Shown: positions 59,252 through 64,000 of the stretch, piece by piece
Layout: each line of letters begins with the position of its first letter
How positions within the stretch are numbered: position 1 is the stretch's first letter
The notes under the pieces: model-generated
The model's database searches: none
Told to the model about the DNA's origin: nothing
What the model saw: only the letters and a program-made list of their open reading frames with translations
Assembly: GCA_963719515.1 (NCBI GenBank)
Contig: CAVRCJ010000003.1
Coordinates: forward strand, 65,705-129,704
DNA length: 64,000 nucleotides
Reading direction: 5' to 3'
DNA from: an uncultured cyanobacterium
GTDB lineage: Bacteria > Cyanobacteriota > Cyanobacteriia > CAKZMO01
Position numbers and translations under genes: made by a program

Positions 59252-59863
59252 TCAGACCGACGTCAATTGGGTATCGCCGCTGCGCTGTTTCGAGCTAGAC
59301 CCGATTGTTCCTAGTCGCCCCAAAGGCCAAAACCGCCACACCGCTCGCCCAATAACCTGCTCTCTGGGCAGAAATCCCCAGACGTGGGAGTCGTTGCTGT
59401 TGTTGCGGTTGTCCCCCATGACAAAATACTCCCCCTCAGGCACCTTGATTGCCCTCAGCTCATAGGCCGGGGCCGCCGCAATATAGGACTCTTGGACAGG
59501 CTCACCGTCGAGGAGCACCTGACCGTTGTGGACCTGCACCATCTGACCGGGCAGGCCCACCACCCGTTTAATAAAGACCTGGTTCTCGCCGTAGCCCAGC
59601 TCTTGCAGCAGTGCAGGAGGTTGAAAGATGATCACCTCACGAAACTGGGGATCGCGGAATCGGTAGGCTACTTTCTCAATAACGAGGCGATCGCCTACCT
59701 GCAGCGTTGGGGCCATAGAATCTGAAGGAATGTAGCGCGGTTCTGCCACAAAGACGCGAATTAGCAGCGCCAGCATGAGGGCAACGACAACCGTGACGGC
59801 GTTATCGAGCCATCCGCTGCGGGGTTGGGAGTCTGAGGAGGTCGAAGGGTTAGGGGTGGTCAT
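59252..59863 (-). CDS. lepB: Signal peptidase I
   Basis: Contains IPSDSMAPTL (catalytic Ser), GDRLVIEK, FIKRVVGLPG and GDNRNNSNDSH. Confidence 0.9.
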   Translation of the reverse strand: MTTPNPSTSSDSQPRSGWLDNAVTVVVALMLALLIRVFVAEPRYIPSDSMAPTLQVGDRLVIEKVAYRFRDPQFREVIIFQPPALLQELGYGENQVFIKRVVGLPGQMVQVHNGQVLLDGEPVQESYIAAAPAYELRAIKVPEGEYFVMGDNRNNSNDSHVWGFLPREQVIGRAVWRFWPLGRLGTIGSSSKQRSGDTQLTSV

Positions 59864-59938
59864 TCAGCGTGAGATTAAGGGAGCATTCTCTAGCGTAGGG
59901 GATCAGGGGCGGGCATGGCCGATCCGCCGATCTGCAAA

Positions 59939-62173
59939 TTATTCAGCCAGAGCCGCTTCGGGGAGGCGCGTGACGACGCTTACCAGAGGGCCAGCCTGGT
60001 CTTGCCCCGAGGTGGACAGATCGCTGTGGCACAGATACAGTCGCTCCCCCACCCGCCCCGCCAAATCTACGAGGCTGCGGTGCAGACGAACCTGATTGAT
60101 AGAGAGGGTATCAGCAGCGGACCAAGGGTGCCCGGACCAGCTTTTCAAAAACAGCGGCGCGCCAAACAGCGGCGGAGCCCCCGTCAGCCACAGCGGCGAG
60201 CCCACATCGAGCCAAAAGTGCCAGCGGTGGGACAGCCGTAGGGAGCGGTACTGAAAGGCCGTCGCTAGGGTGACCGCGGCGGCAGGCTTTAACGGACGCA
60301 CCGGGTAGGGGTCGGCAGTAATGGTTCCGTCCCGCAGCAGCTGGATAAAGCGGGCGATCGCCAGGGTCCCTGTCTCTTGTAGCCCAGACGACTGGAGGCG
60401 GGCCTCCACCTCCCAATAGTGCTGGGCAGTCTCCATTAGCTCCCGCAGCGACGACTGGGCGTCGACGGGCAGGTGGGTACCGCCGTACAAAAATTGCTGA
60501 ATCGCCCGGTCAAGCAGGGTTGCCGGGTTAGGCAGCAGGCGCTGCTGCAGCTGGGTTTGCTGGGCCATAATCCACTGGCGGAGCTGCTCATAGGCGTCTG
60601 CAGCCCGATAGCCGATGCGATCCCAGCGGGGAAATACCGTCACCGGCAGCAGCTGAGGCTGGTCGGGATCGGCCTGGAAGCAGTGGTCCACAATCAGCCC
60701 CGCCCTGACGGGGTCGATGGCCATGGGGCTAGTGGCTTGGCCTGTCACCTGTCCCGTCCTCTGGCCCGCGGCCTGTCCTGTGTCTTGGCCCGTCGCCTGG
60801 CCCTTCCCTTGGCCTATGCCTGAAGCTAGCCCCTGGGGCAAAGCGCTGAGAATAATCAGCATCTCCGCCACCTCTCGCTCGCTCACCAGCCGCCCCAAGC
60901 CGGGGTACACCAGAGCCACCAACGTCAGCAGCGATCGCACCAAAGAGGAGCTGATCAGCGGCTGCTGGTCATTGAGAGAGGCGACTTCGATTCCCTGGTC
61001 CATCAAAATCGTGCGCAGCGTGTAGCGGGCGATGCTGTCGAGTCCGGGGCCGACGATCGCAACGTCTTGGGGCTGTACCCGCTTCGACTTCACGGCTTGG
61101 ACAATGGTGGTGGCCATCTGCCTCAGCAGCGCCGCCCGCGATAGGGTTTGCAGGGCGTGAACGCTGCCGCCCTGAGTAATGCGCTCCACCGGCTGCAGAG
61201 GGGTTTGCAGCGCCTCCCACAGCTGCTCTCCCACCGGCTGTAAAGACGCTGCAAGGGGCTCTAGTGCCTCAATTTGGCAGCGCGACTGCAGCTCGGCTAG
61301 GGCATCGGCGTCGCCCCCCAGCCCCCAGCGAATATTGCCGTCGGGGTTGGAGGTAAACAGACCTGGGAGTCCGGCGTCTAGCAACAGGGAAAACAGCTGG
61401 GCGGCGATCGCCGGATAGTTGTCCACATCGTCAGCCAGCACGGCGGCGTAGCGGCGCTGCAGCTGCTCCCGGTAGATTGGATTGGTCAGCAGCACTCGCC
61501 AATAGAGATCGGAGACAATCCCGTAGGTCAGCAGCCCTCGCTCCAGACACCAGCGCCGCCAGCCGCGCAGCGCTTCCCCATAGGATATCCAGTCTCGCTC
61601 GCTGGAAATGCCCTGATGCAGCAGCGCCGGAATGTCATCTACCGGCACGGCCCCGCTGCCCGCCAGCTGCAGCAAATCCAGCAGTCGCCGCACTAGGGCA
61701 TCGTCGCTGAGGCCCTCTTGCTGAAGCTGCCCGCCGTCAAGCAAGGGCTGCCACAGCCTTTTGGCGAGCTGCTGCTCCGTCTCAGGGCGCAGCAGCAAAG
61801 GGAAGCGCACGGGAATCTCAAGCGCTTGAACAATCAAGGGCCAAAACAAAACCACCTCGTCTTTAAAGAAGCCCAGGGGAGTCGTGGAGTCAAAGGGAGA
61901 GCGGCCCGGTGATGGTTGCTTCGACGCCAGCGCCGTAATCTGCTCTACTAGGGCGATGCGCGTGTCCCCCGTGGCGGCAAAGACAAGCAAACCGCGCCCG
62001 CGCCAGTCCGGACGGGGCAAGTCACGGGGCGGGGGGAGCTGACCCGCTGACCCGCTCCAGTGACGAAACTGCTCAATCAGCCGGGCCGTTTTCCCGCTGC
62101 GGGTCGGTCCCGAAATCCAGTAGGCGGTCGATAGGTCAGCCGCAAGCATGCTCACAAGTTTGATACGATACAC
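59939..62173 (-). CDS. Large P-loop protein, UvrD/AddB-like helicase-nuclease-related
   Basis: 744-aa ORF with an N-terminal Walker A (ISGPTRSGKT) and a Walker B-like LADDVDN. It has an internal (T/A)GQ-rich repeat. The family assignment is tentative. Confidence 0.4.
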   Translation of the reverse strand: MYRIKLVSMLAADLSTAYWISGPTRSGKTARLIEQFRHWSGSAGQLPPPRDLPRPDWRGRGLLVFAATGDTRIALVEQITALASKQPSPGRSPFDSTTPLGFFKDEVVLFWPLIVQALEIPVRFPLLLRPETEQQLAKRLWQPLLDGGQLQQEGLSDDALVRRLLDLLQLAGSGAVPVDDIPALLHQGISSERDWISYGEALRGWRRWCLERGLLTYGIVSDLYWRVLLTNPIYREQLQRRYAAVLADDVDNYPAIAAQLFSLLLDAGLPGLFTSNPDGNIRWGLGGDADALAELQSRCQIEALEPLAASLQPVGEQLWEALQTPLQPVERITQGGSVHALQTLSRAALLRQMATTIVQAVKSKRVQPQDVAIVGPGLDSIARYTLRTILMDQGIEVASLNDQQPLISSSLVRSLLTLVALVYPGLGRLVSEREVAEMLIILSALPQGLASGIGQGKGQATGQDTGQAAGQRTGQVTGQATSPMAIDPVRAGLIVDHCFQADPDQPQLLPVTVFPRWDRIGYRAADAYEQLRQWIMAQQTQLQQRLLPNPATLLDRAIQQFLYGGTHLPVDAQSSLRELMETAQHYWEVEARLQSSGLQETGTLAIARFIQLLRDGTITADPYPVRPLKPAAAVTLATAFQYRSLRLSHRWHFWLDVGSPLWLTGAPPLFGAPLFLKSWSGHPWSAADTLSINQVRLHRSLVDLAGRVGERLYLCHSDLSTSGQDQAGPLVSVVTRLPEAALAE
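60730..60822 (-). repeat. 12-bp in-frame microsatellite-like repeat (xTGQ units)
   Basis: It encodes GQGKGQATGQDTGQAAGQRTGQVTGQAT inside the 59939-62173 CDS. Confidence 0.75.
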
Positions 62174-62366
62174 ATACTTTACCGATTGGGCCCGCTGCCA
62201 GCCACCGGTCTAACCAGCCCCTCATTTTCTCGGCATAGGCAGCTCTGGGCTTTGAGCTTTCGTTGTTTTAGCGCCTTCAGTTTCAGCGCTGCCGCCTCAA
62301 TCGTCAGTTTAGCTGAGTGGCCGCGATCCTGCCCGTGGTCGTTCTACCTGTATTGCACTACACCCC

Positions 62367-63803
62367 ATGAGATCATCTCCGTCCGGCACGATTCAAGGCC
62401 TTTTCCGCAGCGCCAACCGCTGGTTTGAGCGCACGCCGAGACGTGCCCTCAACGACGCCTACGAGGCCGCGATCGCCATCAAGGCGATTGAAGACAACCA
62501 CTTTGGCGGCGGCAAAATCGCCTCTGAATCCGGCGAATATAGCCAAAACGTCTATGGCTACTTTCGCTCTCAGCTGACCAGCAATCTGAGAACTATTCGA
62601 GTGCGGCTGACGGAATTTAAGCTGAGCGACTCGGTGATTCGTGCCACCCGCTCGAGCCGAAGCCCCGATCAAATTGACGTTGATGAGGTGGCGACCGAGC
62701 TGCAAACGATAGACATCAGCAACGACGCCCGAGCCACCCTGCGCAAGCTTAAGTTTATTGACCAGGTGCTGAGCCGCTACCGGGCGGTCCCCAGTGAGCC
62801 AGCCCAGACTGAGGCAGCGGCAGGAGAGCGCCAGCGGCAGGGCGGCCTACGCTTCGGACGGGCCGCTCCCCCCGGTGGCCTAGCCCCAAACGGCTCAGCG
62901 GCCATGCTGTCGGCTACTGCAAAAGACGAAGCGCAGATGCGGCAGGCCCGCCGTGCAGGGAAGTCTGACGTCAAGTCGTCCGTGCTCAAAGATACGGCCT
63001 CCCTTACCGATAAGACGGGGGTCCTGCCTCGCTCCATCCTGCGGACGGTGGACCGAATCACGCGGGAGCTTGATCCCGCCGCAGAGAACGAGGTGGTGGA
63101 CGAATTCCGCGATTCCAAGGCGCGTACAGCGGTATCGCTGCGGTTCATTCTGCTGCTGATTATCGTGCCGCTGCTCACCCACCAGGTGAGCAAAAATTTC
63201 ATAGTAGGGCCAATTGTAGACGCGGTGCGCCCGGTTGAAGAGACGACCATATTTCTCAACGAAGAGATGGAAGAGGAGGCCATACGCGAGCTCAACCTGT
63301 TCCGCGAGCGTCTCCAGTTTGAGCGCCTTGTGGGGGTGGCCCCAGAACTCACCAACGACGCCATCGATGAGCAGGTGAAAGAGAAGGCTCAGGACATTGA
63401 GGTGGCCTACCGCCGCCGCAGCGGTGGCGCCGTCAAGAACGTGTTTGCAGACATTTTGTCGGTACTGGCGTTCGTGTCGATTCTCATGATTAGTAAGCGC
63501 GAGATCGCTACCCTCAAATCCTTTATTGATGAAGTCGTTTACGGCCTCAGCGACAGCGCCAAAGCCTTCATCATCATTTTGCTGACCGATACCTTCGTAG
63601 GCTTTCACTCCCCCCACGGCTGGGAGATCATTTTGGAAGGAGCCGCTCGCCATTTCGGGCTGCCCGCCAATCGAGATTTCATCTTTATCTTTATTGCCAC
63701 CTTTCCGGTCATCCTGGATACGGTGTTCAAGTACTGGATCTTCCGCTATCTCAACCGAATTTCGCCGTCGGCGGTGTCCACCTACAAGACCATGAACGAG
63801 TAG
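62367..63803 (+). CDS. pxcA: Proton extrusion protein PxcA (CemA/Ycf10 family)
   Basis: The C-terminal CemA domain has FIIILLTDTFVGFHSPHGWEI and FPVILDTVFKYWIFRYLNRISPSAV. It has the long N-terminal extension typical of cyanobacterial PxcA. Confidence 0.85.
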   Translation: MRSSPSGTIQGLFRSANRWFERTPRRALNDAYEAAIAIKAIEDNHFGGGKIASESGEYSQNVYGYFRSQLTSNLRTIRVRLTEFKLSDSVIRATRSSRSPDQIDVDEVATELQTIDISNDARATLRKLKFIDQVLSRYRAVPSEPAQTEAAAGERQRQGGLRFGRAAPPGGLAPNGSAAMLSATAKDEAQMRQARRAGKSDVKSSVLKDTASLTDKTGVLPRSILRTVDRITRELDPAAENEVVDEFRDSKARTAVSLRFILLLIIVPLLTHQVSKNFIVGPIVDAVRPVEETTIFLNEEMEEEAIRELNLFRERLQFERLVGVAPELTNDAIDEQVKEKAQDIEVAYRRRSGGAVKNVFADILSVLAFVSILMISKREIATLKSFIDEVVYGLSDSAKAFIIILLTDTFVGFHSPHGWEIILEGAARHFGLPANRDFIFIFIATFPVILDTVFKYWIFRYLNRISPSAVSTYKTMNE

Positions 63804-63836
63804 GGATAGGGCAGTGCCCTGCCCTTGCAACCCGGC

Positions 63837-64000
63837 CTACGACTCTACCTTCGTTTCTTGCAGCGCCTGACCAACAGCGATCGCCGCAGCAACCTCACCT
63901 TGCTGCGGCCTTGCCTGGAGGCCCGGATCCGTTACTCGCAGGGCAAGCAGCGCCCCGATGGCAAAGCATACCCCCCCCAGTATCACCGCCGAGAGCCGGT
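63837..64000 (-). CDS. 3' end of an unidentified CDS that enters from downstream of the window
   Basis: The minus-strand frame is open from the window edge to a stop at 63837-63839 (..AVILGGVCFAIGALLALRVTDPGLQ..QETKVES*). It contains a hydrophobic segment. No family recognised. Confidence 0.25.
   Translation of the reverse strand, partial: RLSAVILGGVCFAIGALLALRVTDPGLQARPQQGEVAAAIAVGQALQETKVES

Noticed and set aside
62777-63830. Long minus-strand ORFs (195 aa and 311 aa) opposite pxcA
   Set aside because: They fully overlap the well-supported CemA/PxcA CDS and have typical high-GC antisense ORF composition with no motifs.

Overview
This is a 64-kb chromosomal segment from a cyanobacterium. 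That origin is inferred from gene content (ndhC-K-J, ftrV, desC, pxcA/cemA, a Tic20-like gene, gap2, a CPP1-like J-protein) and from the very frequent HIP1 octamer GCGATCGC. Most of the window is housekeeping or central metabolism: transaldolase with EF-hands, phosphoketolase, glycogen phosphorylase, purA, murB-murC, gap2, ftsH, lepB and trx. Three accessory patches interrupt it. (i) At 20.2-25.2 kb, a DUF29 gene is split cleanly by a 1,445-bp TnpB-only IS200/IS605-family element. It lies immediately downstream of a 764-aa LRR-Roc-COR-TIR protein and a field of short hairpin repeats. A miniature derivative of the same IS sits just after ndhJ. (ii) At 32.2-40.5 kb there is a visibly AT-richer cassette: an HTH + AAA-like NTPase, a second AAA-like NTPase, and a tandem GAF protein with an NK..F..D signature. 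It is divergent from an HD protein with PDE-like motifs and is bordered by gene remnants (an IS1-type zinc-finger fragment, a TetR-like remnant, and an FtsH lacking TM1). (iii) At 42.3-44.7 kb there is an AT-rich islet with a stand-alone group II PLP decarboxylase. Four single-nucleotide frame disruptions (folC, tnpB twice, one AAA-like gene) indicate either real decay or indel errors in the assembly. I recognised no rRNA, tRNA or CRISPR array. All family calls come from motif recognition by eye. No database search was run.
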